Positions 50,226-62,661 of a stretch of 64,000 nt of DNA are shown piece after piece. Position 1 is the first letter of the stretch, and every line of letters begins with the position of its first letter. The DNA is taken from the NCBI GenBank assembly GCA_013265495.1, contig MU058065.1:6572302-6636301 (forward strand), given 5' to 3'. The position numbers were made by a program, and so were the translations under genes. The stretch comes from Vicugna vicugna (lineage: Eukaryota). Below the pieces are notes generated by a model. It saw only the letters and a list, made by a program, of their open reading frames with translations, was not told the DNA's origin and made no database searches.

Positions 50226-50275
50226 ATATATATATATATGTACATACACACACACACACACACACACACATATAT
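50226..50275. repeat. (TA)n(CA)n compound microsatellite in the 3'UTR
   Basis: Direct inspection. Confidence 0.9.
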
Positions 50276-53200
50276 GGAATGAATGGAGCCTTAAAGAGTT
50301 AGGATAGGCCACCAGAGTATGCCTACTCAAAATTAACAGCACAGCAACTTGAAGAAGAAATGAAGTTGTCAAAGAGTCCATTCACCTGAGAAATGTGTGA
50401 AAATACACATATCATTTGGCATTTAGCTTTTATGTTCCTTGAGTAGTTTCACTCAAGTCTGTAATCTTTCATGTGTGTTTCTTATCAGTAAAGTTCACTG
50501 GAAAGCCAGCTCTCCATGTTACACTAATGACAGTTTGTCCTCCTCGCAAAGGAGGGGGCATTCTGCCACTTGACTTGAGGAGCTTTTTTTAAAAATATTG
50601 TTTCATGGATTTGTGATGCTTTTGCTGTTTACATGCAGTCCCAAGAAATGGATTGTTGGTGCTTTGGAATGTGTTATGGTCCCACATTTGGTATTCATTG
50701 TACACTTTGTATTTTCTTGAAAGAAATTCCTTGACACAGTATGTTCACTGTATATCTACATTATTATGGTGGTGAAGATAGAATCTTTTATTTTTCTTCT
50801 GTGTCATTCTTCCATGGAGCAAGCATTACCCTAACAGATTGCAGCCAAAACTTTAAGAGGTAGGAAAGTGATACTGTCCCAACTGGGAGTCCCCAACAAG
50901 GATACTTAGGGAGCATAAAGAATGTTACCGTCTCTTTCTCCCAGACGCAGGTCAGGAGGAGTATTCTTGTGTTAAAGCTAAAGCTCTGGACCACTAAAGT
51001 GAAAGCCTTGCTACAAGGGTGAAATTAAGTACATGAGCTGTAGGATAAAGCTTGGACATTTAACCATTTGCTGTCTGGCTTTTCCCTTAAAACAGAGTGA
51101 GAATTAAAATGTGATTGGTTTAGGTAATCCCAAGAACTAACAAAGGTGCATAATTTATTTATCTTACTTTTTAGGTGCTTTGAGTTGAGGTTAAATGGGG
51201 GTGCAACATTAAGTGCTACATTAGACAGTCAGCTGACATAACCAGCCTGGTTAGACAGCTTGTGAAACCATATAAAGAATGAGTTTGAGAGTAGAATTCT
51301 GTTTGTAAAATAATTTTGTGAGCCCAGAAATCATTAGGATCACACAGTGTTAAGTATAGCAAAATGAAACCTTTCCTTTTTTTTTTAAATCTATCATCAC
51401 AGAAGATTCAACATCTTTTCTGGAAGATTGCCTTAAGAGAGCTCCAGCCCTACTCCTAAAGCTTGGTTATGTTCTGACATAGTAACCTATTCTAAAATAT
51501 TGAGTCTTGGAATAGTAAATGGCCAGCACTTTTGCATAACTACTGATAAAAGCTTTGCCTTCTACCATTTACCTATGTGTTACTGTAGTGAACGTTCCAA
51601 AATGGTACTGGTAGGATTTGCAGGAGTAGTATAGAGCAGAGGAAGATGCTTGTTTAAAAAACCAGCTTTTAAAATTTTGTTTCTTTACATTGGGAGCCTT
51701 TTTTTGTTGTTGAAAATAACTGGTTTTCTCGTGCGTGAAGTGCTAATTGAATTCTTTAACTATTTATTACTTTCCTGTATCTGTATTTGAGAGCTTTGAG
51801 AGGCACTGTTAAAAATTTGGGGGAATGATTTGAAGAGAGAGTGAATTCATTTGGGGCATTTAAAAAAAAAATAATGCCATAAGCCTAGGTTGCCCATGAA
51901 ATACCCTTGTTTGACTTGCTTTTTGTAGCTTGCATGTGTGTATGGTTTAGAAGTGCACTTGATTCGAACCTAATTTGATTTGATCTTCATGTCTTGGGCA
52001 GGACTTACTAGTTGAAAAGAGTAGGTGAGTTACCTCACTGCTTGTATACTTGCAGGTTTGGAACTTGAATTTTCCTTGATATCTGTCCATTGTTTTGGCC
52101 TGGTCAGCCTTCATTTCTCCCTTCACTCTTTTAGCTATTACCCTTTTCACTACAAAGATACTTTCACATTTTGGTTCAGTGAAAAGTTAAGACTGCGGAT
52201 AGAGAGTTCCACTGGACTATATTGATGGGGTTGTTTTTTTGAGCTGACTGTATTTTAAAGTATCAGTAGATACTTTTTGTGCAGTATGATCAGTTTGCTC
52301 AGAATCAGGGGATGGGGTATTTTGCATGTTGGGGCCAGGAAGGGACACATTAAATAATGGCAGAGTGCTTCAGTTCCAGGCAGCCTGCTCATAACTAATA
52401 TTCCTATTGAAAATACCAAATGTGCTTGCATTATTTTAAATGACTTTGAGTTGGAACTTGACAGTAATTCTGCACACAACTGATCTTAAGTGGAATTTTT
52501 TTGGAAGAGAAAACTACAAACTAAAATTCAAACTTCTTGATTCTTATCACCTAATATTATTACAGAGGATTGGAAAGTTGCATATGGCCAGATGCTGTTA
52601 CCACTTTAGAAGCCCTGACTATAATTTAGGCCTATGAGAAGATAGACTGTTTTGTAGGGAATATACTTATGTGTGTGTGTGCACACTCAGAAGTTTTGTC
52701 TCAGCAGGATAGAATAAGAAGCAAATCCATGAATTGTTGTTCTATTTATATTTTGATTCCAAAAGCTATTTGTTTACTTGCCATGGTCTGTTAATCTCAG
52801 GCCTAACTTAATGGCTCAATAACAAATGTAAATGTGTTTACATTTTATGAAGTATGCAGCGATACTTAAAGATCAGTTCATTAACTCTGGGAGGCAAATA
52901 TTAGACTAGACATTTCATTATTTCTCTCCTTGATTAAGTGTAAAATTTTTCTAAAAGAGCTTTAAGAATTAAAACCCTCGCAAGTGAATTCATGAATTTA
53001 CTTACTCTTCCATACTGCAGTTACCATTATGTAACTATATAAATATAGCTCTACACATGTACAGCTACATATATAGTTGTATAATGAAAATTATTTGGAA
53101 ACAGATTCTTGGCAGTGTGTTATATAGTCGGCCATTATGAGTGTAGAGAGAGCATGGGGGTGGGGTTGGAAACATGGAAGAAAGGTAGTTTGTAAACTCA

Positions 53201-54421
53201 TTTGTGGTCTATTGAAAAGAGATTATATTAAAACAAATTAAAATATTACCCTTCTCACTCTTTCTTCTCTGTCCTCTGAATTGACTGTGGTGGATACTCT
53301 TAGTCATTCAAACTTTCTTGCCCTGTTTGATTTAATTGACCCCATAAAGTGGTCTTTTGTTTTAAATCAGGGAAACAGAGCTAGATCTCCCAAGTACATG
53401 TGGATCTTGTGTCTATACAGAGGGTTTTAGAAAAACCAACAACCCAGTACTAGATGGAAGTCTCTTAAAATTGTCCCCCCGAAAACAAATGTCTATTTCC
53501 TCCTCCCCATCTTGCTTTACACCTAGTAATGCTCTTTAAGTGTGTATGAAAACTAAATAGATTTCTGCCCTCTACCATCTTTCTAATGCATTACTTCAGA
53601 ATTCAGACTTTGTCTCTATCGATGTTAACATCTGAAAGAATATATATTTATTTTATTGGAAAACTCTAGTTTGCTAGGCCCTGAGAGTTTCATGACAGGT
53701 TTCTTTTGCTGTGTCTCATCACAACCACTGACTCCTTGATGGCATGCTTTGATTACTAGATTTCAAGCAGTCTCTTTTGTTGTATCATATTTATGCACAA
53801 TTAGTAAATTTTCCTTTCCACGTGTGCTATGTGTCTGAGGTTTTGAACTTTATAATAAACGGTGTGCCAGTATGAATACGGGCAGTTGGTTTTAGTAATT
53901 TGGACTTGAAGTGCAGAGGTTTGAAGTACAGGCATGTCCACTGGCATCAGATGGATCAGGGTCTGAATCGGGACTCAAGTTCGCTAGGTCCAATGCCAAA
54001 ATTAGACAAGCAATCAACTGAACTGGGCTGTTTCAAGAACAGAGGGGTGAAAGAATGAGACACAGTGGTTGTACACACCTCTCATCCTAAGGTTTCCTTC
54101 CCTCTCTTTTCCTTCTATCCCCAACATCTCTGGCCTCTTGTCAGTGTTGTTTATTTATGCTACAGAGAGGAGAACAGAAGTAAGCTTCCTACACTTTGCC
54201 TAATTGAGCCACTACCAGGTTTGCTGGCAGCTTTGGCCACATCTGTGCGATGATTTTCTTTCCTTGTGTTCAGAGTGACTTTTGATTCTGATTCTTCATG
54301 TTGTTTTGTATGGAGCGGCACTTTATCTGTGTTTTAGCAGAACTGTTCCTCTGTACCCTTTACGGTTTTTCCTTGTTTTTGTTTCCTTTTTAAATTATGC
54401 ATAGAGTTTTTTGTGTGTGAA

Positions 54422-54427
54422 ATTAAA
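54422..54427 (+). terminator. Candidate USP37 poly(A) signal ATTAAA
   Basis: Upstream TGTA at 54307 and 54352 with U-rich tracts; downstream GU-rich TGGTGTCGGTTTG. Confidence 0.55.
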
Positions 54428-54430
54428 GCC

Positions 54431-54436
54431 TTTATT
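54431..54436 (-). terminator. Candidate VIL1 poly(A) signal AATAAA
   Basis: TTTATT on +; the first minus-strand AATAAA I found downstream of the VIL1 stop (~900 nt). Confidence 0.55.
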
Positions 54437-55338
54437 AACCTGGTGTCGGTTTGACTTATTTCTGAAAAGGACCTTTTCTTGCAGAAACTTAACCAGTTGT
54501 TGAAGTTGTGAAAATTACCTTCTGTTGGCCTTCTGACTTGAACTTCAAGCAGCACTGTTACACCTTAAAGGAAATGGGGTGGGAAACCAAGTATGGCTCT
54601 AGTCAGTGCCAACCTCCAGTGGTTTTTATCTGAGGAGCCTGTGAAGCTTTGCAGATGCTCTAGATAACAGTTTGTAAACCTAGCGTTGGCCTCATTAAAA
54701 GTACCAGAGAGGGTGAAATAATGTTTGCGTTTCAATACTTGCTATTAGGCCTCAAGCCTAGACCCAGTTGTGTATGTTGCTCTCTCTGGGTCCTGGTTAG
54801 TGAGTATTGTGAAACCTCTATTAGGGCCATCGCCTGGGCCATTCAGCTCTTTCAAAGAAGGATTCCCTTTTAACTTATCACCTGAGGAAGTCAGTAAGGA
54901 AAGTGTATGTGAAAAGAAAAAGCCATTACTCTGGGAAAGATGTAAACCTGCAAAATGCTTCAGCCCACCCACCGTAATTAAAGATGAGTCACGATAAAAG
55001 CCCATGGAAGGCTCTTAAAAACTAACGTTCTGTGGAGTATTTGGCTGTTTTTAAGGGAAAGCTCTAGAACAAGATGGTTAAAAAGTAATGTGACATGCTA
55101 GGATAGAAACAATGCAACCACCGTCTTGAAAGCTGAAACTGGGACCACAAGCTCCTTTTGGAGGCATCCTCTTTCGGAAGGAACAGGCAGTTTACTGAAT
55201 AAAAGTGTGATTGCCACAGACTGCTGCACACAGGTACAACTGTAAAATTTCACTTCAATTAGTACAGGACCGATACCAGTAAATAAAATGAAGCTCTGCA
55301 AGCAGGATAGGGTACTGCTTTCCAGCTACTTTTGCGTC

Positions 55339-55452
55339 TTAAAACAGTCCTTTTTCTTTCTTGAGGTTTTGTTGCTTCCATCGAGGCAGGGCAGAGAAGG
55401 CAGCAGGAGTCATCCCCAAGGCCTTGGTGAAATCCTCAACGGACAGGTGCGC
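55339..55452 (-). CDS. VIL1: VIL1 terminal exon, headpiece ([37 protein letters not shown])
   Basis: Villin headpiece C-terminus with KKEK F-actin motif; AG acceptor, TAA stop. Not in the ORF track. Confidence 0.97.
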   Translation of the reverse strand, partial: AHLSVEDFTKALGMTPAAFSALPRWKQQNLKKEKGLF

Positions 55453-57879
55453 CTAGAAGAGGGCAGGGGCCAGCAGGCAAAGGTCACATTCTTGCCAGAG
55501 TTTGCTTTGATGAGTCATATAGGTGTGGTACAGAAATCAAATGAAGAGCAAAAACAGGTAATGTTGTGAGAGCCAGGAAAGGGATGGGAAGGGGGCGGGA
55601 GTAGCATTTTGAAGTCCAAGAGATTTGATCCCTGAATTTGGAACATAATGAAAAGGACAGTGACAACATGAGGTAGACTGAGCTGCTTTTCTTTTGAACA
55701 GGGTCAGTTTCACACTAGCCCTGAAATAAGAATGAGGACAACTGACTTGTCTTGATTAAGGAGTTGCTTCCATTTCCAGGTCTTAATTTTCTTCTCTATA
55801 AGCTTGGGAGAAATTGCTTTTATAGGGATGAAAATAATTTTACATATAAAAGGGCCTTGGAAACGATATCTTGTTCATCTATCTTATCAGACAGTGAATA
55901 GACAGCTACGAGATGCCTAGAATAAGCAGGTGAACACTAGAAGGAGGCTGCCCAAGTCTGAATGTGTAAGACTAAGTTGTTATAGGAGACACACAGCTCT
56001 TTGAGCAAGAGCCTGTCACCCTCTCCTCCAGAGGTGCTTGCCCTCCTGGGCCCTATCCTGCTTTGGATCAAGTTAGTACCCTGACCACCAAGAAAGCAGG
56101 GCCTGCCCCAGCCCTAAAGGACAGAGCAAGCAGTCTAACTTACACACGCTGCTGTAACACTAACAAAGACACTGAGACAGGTTTGAACAGTCCCATTTTC
56201 AGGTGATGAAGCTAAAGCTCAAGAAAGTGAGGTCATCTGATCCCAACACATGTCCACTGCACCACAGTGACCCTCTTCCCTGAGTGATTTCAGGAATCCT
56301 GTAAAGGCCTTTTTGTCGTCTTTCCCTCCCAGACCTACAAAGTATATATGCTACTGTGCTCACCGGTGACCATTATATGGTATAGTTTTACCATAATAGA
56401 TATCTTTGTCCGTCTTGGTTTCTGGGTTTGTTCCTGGTTAAAAGGTAACATGTTAAACGTCATCAGGCTTTTATATTCCATTGTGAATGTATCAGCCATT
56501 ATTTTGTAGGAGCAGGTTTTGCTGAGAGATGGTGGCAGGTGGCAGCAGAGGTGCAAGTGAGGTGAGGGGCAAGGTTCTAAGAGGAGAAGCTGGGAAAGCC
56601 ACAGAACAGATTCAGAGCCACATTTTGCCTAGCCATCTTGAGTGGAAAACAAAATATTTGGATAAATGACTTGCACTGGCTTCTCCCATACTATGAATGA
56701 TCTAGAAGATTACACAGCACAGTTCTAACTTTTCCCTCTTGGCTTGGAAATCATGACTGGGAGTTACCTTTCTAGGCCTTGGGTCTCTTCAGCCATAAGA
56801 CTGAAATGACCTCTGCTCCCAGCTCTACCATGATATGATAGTGAAACTGTTCAGAGCAAGCCAGGTATCCTCAAGGCACACTCAGGTAAGAACCCCAAAT
56901 TAAAGTTGTCATCAAACAGCATCTCCCAGCCTCCATCTCTGCTCCCCCAGGCACCAGGAGGGGGCGGGATCTCAGTGAGAGCAGCTGGTTTCTTTTCAAT
57001 CTTGGGCTGCTCTGCTATGTAAGGATGCTCTGGGGAATTTTTTTTTTTTTGACTCCTGCAGAGAACCCTGAACCGAACAGCTTCTTGGTAAACATCTGTA
57101 GATGGATTTCAAGCTCAGGTGGGTCTGATGCCCCAGTTCTCAAACCTGTCATCATTTGCCTCCCGCCTCTGGCATTCTTTGCTCAAGGCTCCTAGGAGCC
57201 CTCCTCACTCTCCCAGGCAGGGCAGTGGAGCGCCTTGTTTTGGAAAAAGGTCTCTCGCCGCTGTGGCTACTGTGTCCTCAGTCTGCAGGTGTCTCAGGTG
57301 TCCTCTCTGGCCCAGCCAGGCTGGCCCTGCAGTTTGGTTAAAACTTCTGGACTATGATCCCTGGGCTAGATAGCAAGGACTGCCCATCCCAGTGGACTTG
57401 TATCTTTCCACTGGTCCTGCTCTTGAACCCTGCAGTCCTGCCAGCTGATTACTGGCCTCACCCATGCCCACATCTGCCTCTCTGTGGTTTACTCATTGGT
57501 ACTCAAACACTTAGATTATCTTGCTACTGCCTGCAGCCAGACCCACTGCTCCACTGTTCACTGTCATTGGCTACCCTTCTGAGTTTACAGTAGCCAAAGA
57601 GATCCGAAGTCCTCTTCCACTCTCTGCACTCAACATGGAATATCCAGCTCTTCTGCAAGGATGCAAAATACTCCCATGATAAAAAAAAATCAGTGAAAAC
57701 TGATTTTTAAAAAAGAATCTAAGAATTTTTAGACTGCTTCTATCATGGTGAGGTTGTCTTGATTCTGTTCATTCATTCAAAATCAGCGATCTGTTTAGCC
57801 TCCTTTCAATCACCTGGTTCAATAATATTGGCTGCCCCTCCCCTTTAGAAATACTTTTTTCTGGACTATGTGGTATGAT

Positions 57880-58000
57880 AGTAACAGTGGGACTCAGAAG
57901 ACCTGGTTCTCACTAGTTACATCACATTGGGCAAGTCACTTCCCTTCGCTGGATCTGAGTTTTTAGGTGTAGAACAGGCAATGATAATAACAGCTTACAC
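57880..58000 (+). mobile_element. MIR SINE fragment
   Basis: GACTCAGAAGACCTGGTTCT...TTGGGCAAGTCACTTCCCTTCGCTG. Confidence 0.65.
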
Positions 58001-58489
58001 TAACAGAGCACTTTCTATGCACCAGGGGCTGCGCAGATAATATTTGTAATATTAATAATATATTGGGATCATCCCAATATTACAATGAGGACACAGATGG
58101 GCCGATCTGGGAGAGAATGCATGAAAGTGGTCTCCAGGGGGAAGGGAAGAATGTAAATGTTCTGAAAACAATACATATGTGCATATATCGGGCCCAAACC
58201 CCCAAAAGACATAGGTTCCTGGAGAAATTAGGCATCTTTCGGTAGATTCCTTAATTCATTTGTAAGACTTCTTTATAGTTTATTATACACAGTAAATTTT
58301 CTCTCAATACCCTCTCAAGCTAGATTTGCAATCTATTTGGGATCTTCATGAAGTGGGAATGAATATGAAAAATGTGTTTTCAACAAGCCCTTCTTGTCAA
58401 ACTCTCTCCCCTAAGTGGTCCACACAGACAGCAGCTGTGGCAACCAATATTCCCTGTGCCGATCAGTCTCCTCCCTGTGCTCCTCTGAA

Positions 58490-59110
58490 TTGCCTGCCCA
58501 CCAAACATGTATTTCAACCTGGATGTCTCCTGAGTGCCTCAAACAACACGGCTGCCACTAAACTCATGATTGTCCCCCTCTAAGCTCAGTCTGAGCAGGA
58601 TTTTTTATGTCAGAAAATTACACAATTTTCCCCTCTCACGCCCTTTATCTAGTCATTACCAAGTGTCACTGATTTTACCTCCTGAATATTTCTCTAAACC
58701 GTCTCCTTCCCTCCACCTCCCCTGCCTAGTCTAGAATCCCATCTACCTCTCAGCCTGACCTGTGGCTGCTGCTTTGGCCACCTTCCAGTCCATTCTTCAC
58801 TGAGCAGCTAGAGTGATCTTCTAAGAGTATAAACCTGACTTCTACTTCCCTGCTTCACCCACAATGGCCCCCCTCCTCTTTTAGAATAGACAGCACCATC
58901 CCTAGCCTGGTGTAGAAGGCTCTGCGCAGCCCAGCCCCTTCTCCACAACCAGCTGCCCCTTCCCAGGTCCACACACCCCAACCACTCTGGCCACCTTACT
59001 GTTTCACCCACGCTGTGCTTTTTCCCTACTTATTTCTGAGCTTTATGTATTCTGTTCCCCTCTCCAAGAACAACCCACTCTGCCTGAATAATTCCTGTTC
59101 ACCTTTCAGA
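58490..59110 (+). mobile_element. L2 fragment
   Basis: CACCTGGATGTC-like start, pyrimidine-rich L2 body (CCAGTCCATTCTTCACTGAGCAGCTAGAGTGATCTT). Confidence 0.6.
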
Positions 59111-59156
59111 GGAAATCTCTAAGTCAAGGTCATCCTCCTTCTGGAGTCTGACCTAC

Positions 59157-59297
59157 CTCCTTCCTGCTGGGATCCACACCCTCAGGAAGCTCCTCCGCAG
59201 GCTTGTTCACCAGCTGCTCCAGGGGAAAGATGGGTAGAGGCCCAGAACTGAGGTTGCTGTTAGCATTGAAAACATCCAGTTTAGGGTTTGTGATCTC
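59157..59297 (-). CDS. VIL1: VIL1 coding exon ([47 protein letters not shown])
   Basis: Headpiece N-terminal subdomain LPEGVDP; AG/GTAGGT boundaries on minus, 141 nt. Confidence 0.96.
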
Positions 59298-59999
59298 CTA
59301 GGAAAGAGAAGGAAAACACTGTTACTTTAGCTGATCTGTGGCTGTCTCCCAGGCTGCCTTTTTCTCTGAAGTCAACATTGACCCTAGGGGACCTCCTTCA
59401 GGAAAATTTTCATGATCCCTACCTTCCACCTGTCCACATACACACACTCCTCATAAGAACCAGGCACGCTAGGCTGGACCTATGAGCTAAAGTTTCGTGA
59501 TCCGTATCCAAACAAAGCTGGTTGGTGTAAGATGACTATTTTGTTCTGTGACTTAAGAACTTCTCCATGGCTACCCCAGAGATTTGAGGTCTACCTTGGA
59601 CATTTCTGACTCTCTTTGTCTTATCTGCTGTGAAACTGTCATCTGTAAACTCCCTTAGCCTTGACCTATCTATGCTTTCCTGCCTGCATCATCAGTGACC
59701 AAGGAGGGTTTATTGAGCACCACCAGGTTCCCAGCCTGTGGATGGGGCCGAGGAGCATACGTGTTATTCTGCTAATAACCCCGCTGTGCTTGGAAAATTG
59801 CTCTCATGTTCTGGACACACTTCTGCAGAGTTTACTTGGTCTTGTTTCCCCTGTAAGCCTGTGAACGTCTTTGATTTCATTTTTCCACATCCTAAGACTG
59901 CAGGCTGAATATAGTTTTAAGAACTAACTGAAAGCTCAAAGAAGGTTATTCTACCTGGAGAAGGGATCTCCAGGGTGATGATAGTAGAGGAATCATTAT

Positions 60000-60195
60000 T
60001 TCTCCAAGTGAGGTCCATGGACTAACTGCATCAAAGTACCTGGGCCCTTTGTTAAAAACATACATATTACTGGGTCTCAATTCAATTCTATAAACCAGAA
60101 TTTTGGAGAGTGGGACCTTGGAATCTGCATTTTAATAAGCCCTCCACCCAGTCCCAGCTCCCCATCACCCAGATTCTGATGCATGATAACGGGAA
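60000..60195. mobile_element. MER5A-like hAT element
   Basis: TGGGACCTTGGAATCTGCATTTTAATAAGCCCTCCA...GATTCTGATGCA. Confidence 0.7.
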
Positions 60196-60393
60196 CCATT
60201 TCACTAGGGAGTGGATGAGACAAAACAGCTAGAGGCCTTGAAGTTAAACAGCAAGAACTTGTACGAGAAGTGGGAGGAAATGGTGGAAAGGAAAGCAGAG
60301 ACCCTGGCATCTTCTCTAGAGATTTCTCAGCTCCCAGGGGTCTGCCCATCATCAGTGGCCACCACAGAGCCCAGCCACCTGCCCTGTACTCAC

Positions 60394-60462
60394 AGCAGCG
60401 ATCTGGCTCCAGTCCCCAGAGTTTTCGAGCTCTGCCTTCAGGTCCTCGTAGGATTTGGTGTT
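60394..60462 (-). CDS. VIL1: VIL1 coding exon (NTKSYEDLKAELENSGDWSQIAA)
   Basis: AG/GTGAGT boundaries on minus, 69 nt, core-headpiece linker. Confidence 0.94.
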
Positions 60463-60967
60463 CTGCATATAAAGTTCAAGTAATGAATTAGATCTGGGTC
60501 TCAGCAGAAGAGACAAAGATCATTTTCCTTCAGGCATTGAAACAAGGCTGGCCTAGGGCTCTGAGGTGAGAAAGGGAAGAGGGAACTCAGGGGGAGGCTG
60601 GAGGATGCTCCTGATAAAGGAGGTTGGATGGTGAGAATGAGCATGAGGAGCTGACGGGTAACAGGCTGGGGCAGGAGACTATTTGCCTGGCTCAGCCCAA
60701 AACAGGGATGGAGAGCAGTATGAACTTTTCCCACCCCCAGGGTACAAGCAGCCACATGCAACCTTGGGAACCCTGCCCACACTGTGTAGGCTCTGAGGGA
60801 CCCAGGGGTCCTAAAGAACTGGGGGGCTCCTCTCAGACCCTGGAGGGAACCCTGCTGCAGAGGAGTGGAGGAAATAGAGGGGACACTGGCTCCATGGGGA
60901 GCCCCATTTCCACATCCCCAAAGCCTGGCAGCAAGCATGGCACATCGTGAGTTCCAGTTCTGCCAAA

Positions 60968-61016
60968 TGAATGAAAAACTGAATGAATGAATGAATGAGT
61001 GAGTGAGTGAATGAGT
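60968..61016. repeat. (TGAA)n/(TGAG)n repeat, probably an L2 3' tail
   Basis: Direct inspection; preceded by GCCTGGCAGCAAGCATGGCACAT, L2-like. Confidence 0.7.
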
Positions 61017-61519
61017 CTGAGAGAGAAGCCAGCACAGACATGAGGTGGGGGAAGGCCTGCCAGAGTTGTTGACTTGGGACCCTGACCTGGACTGGAGAAG
61101 CTTTGGCATCTAGATGTGCAGCATTGAGATTTGTTTGAATCCGTCATCAAGACGAACCTCAGCTCATCAAACACTGGATGCTTTTTTTAATGCATTTGAG
61201 GAAATCAATCTAAGCTCTCTGGTTCCCTAATCTCATCTGTTGTGCCAGTTTAGTGTACCCAAAGCCACCAGGCAAACATGCATCCTACCTTAGCCTTCCT
61301 CCTGCAGAAAACCTCCACAGGTTCCATTTTGAGGACCTGCCTTCTGCTTCTATCCGAGGCCAGTTTAGGAAAATCCTGTCGAACTCTGATTCATTGTCCC
61401 TCAGGTAAGGATCACACATAGGACCCATTTTTGCCTAGAATTTAGTGCCAGAAGACATCTGTCCCGTCCTTAAAGAACTGACGTGTTTCCTTTCATCTGG
61501 TGTGAGGACCTACCAATGT

Positions 61520-61625
61520 CATCCTATGAGGTTTCTGCGATGATGATGGAAATGTTCCTTTTCTGTGCTTTCCAATATGGTCGCCACTAGCCACACATGG
61601 CTGGTAAGAAATTGAATCTTTAATA
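61520..61625. mobile_element. MER3-like hAT fragment
   Basis: TTTCTGCGATGATGATGGAAATGTTC...TCCAATATGGTCGCCACTAGCCACACATGGCT. Confidence 0.75.
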
Positions 61626-61628
61626 TTG

Positions 61629-61689
61629 TTTAACCCAGGACCTCGTGCATGTTAAGCATGCACTCTACCACTGAGCTATTACTCTCCCC
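61629..61689 (-). mobile_element. Camelid-type SINE, 5' portion only
   Basis: AACCCAGGACCTCGTGCATGTTAAGCATGCACTCTACCACTGAGCTAT; tail absent. Confidence 0.85.
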
Positions 61690-61755
61690 ACAGCCTTACT
61701 ATCTATTCTAAATCCCCTCAAATGCTTTTACAGATACATCACAGGTCATCTGTCA

Positions 61756-62103
<348 letters not shown>

Positions 62104-62516
62104 TCACCCAGACTCACTGGCCACTGCTGAGTGGACCCTGACCTTGGGCAAGTCTCATCTGGCCTTGACTTTGCATCTGCGAATTGAGGAGGTTGGACAA
62201 ATGCCCTCTACTTAGATATTCTGCAGATGTGTGACTCCCAGCCTCTCCAGAGCCAAAGACCCTCAAAAACACTCCCCTGTCACATGAAATAAAGTGGACT
62301 TTGGGAGAAGAATACATCCTGCCCTGCAGCCCCTCCGGGCATATTCCCCTCTACCTGCCTTCTTCTTTCTTAGGCTCCTGGTTCATAACACCACTCCCAG
62401 AGAGAACGTGTACAGCAGCCAAGACATTGTCAAACGTTACCTATCCCTGAAGCCACTATTTCTTGGCCCTGAGGATTGAGGTGGTGGGAAGGGAGGTCTT
62501 CACGCCTCAATCCTAC

Positions 62517-62661
62517 CTGGTCCCAGACGTCTAACAGGAACACATCATCCTCTTCCAAGTCATCCTGATTGAAGTCAGGGATTTCTGTGGCCAGGAAGCG
62601 CCCGGTCTGGTTGGAACATTCAAAGAGCCGGGGAGAGATGACCAGGGTTTCCTCCTGCAGT
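62517..62661 (-). CDS. VIL1: VIL1 coding exon ([48 protein letters not shown])
   Basis: PRLFECSN and DDVFLLD motifs; AG/GT boundaries, 145 nt. Confidence 0.97.

Larger units (their letters stand above)
49956..54450 (+). other. USP37: Probable USP37 3'UTR (~4.5 kb)
   Basis: U-rich stretch with no recognisable transposons after the stop; candidate signals AATAAA 53854..53859 and ATTAAA 54422..54427. End is inferred. Confidence 0.6.

Noticed and set aside
55339..55452. Leu in place of a core Phe in the villin headpiece (KALGM versus human QAFGM)
   Set aside because: As I recall, other mammals such as mouse also have Leu here, so it is unlikely to be novel.
60501..61174. Overlapping 202-aa, 113-aa and 108-aa ORFs
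   Set aside because: GC-rich VIL1 intron with a (TGAA)n repeat producing HSLTHSFIHS; no domain or splice support.
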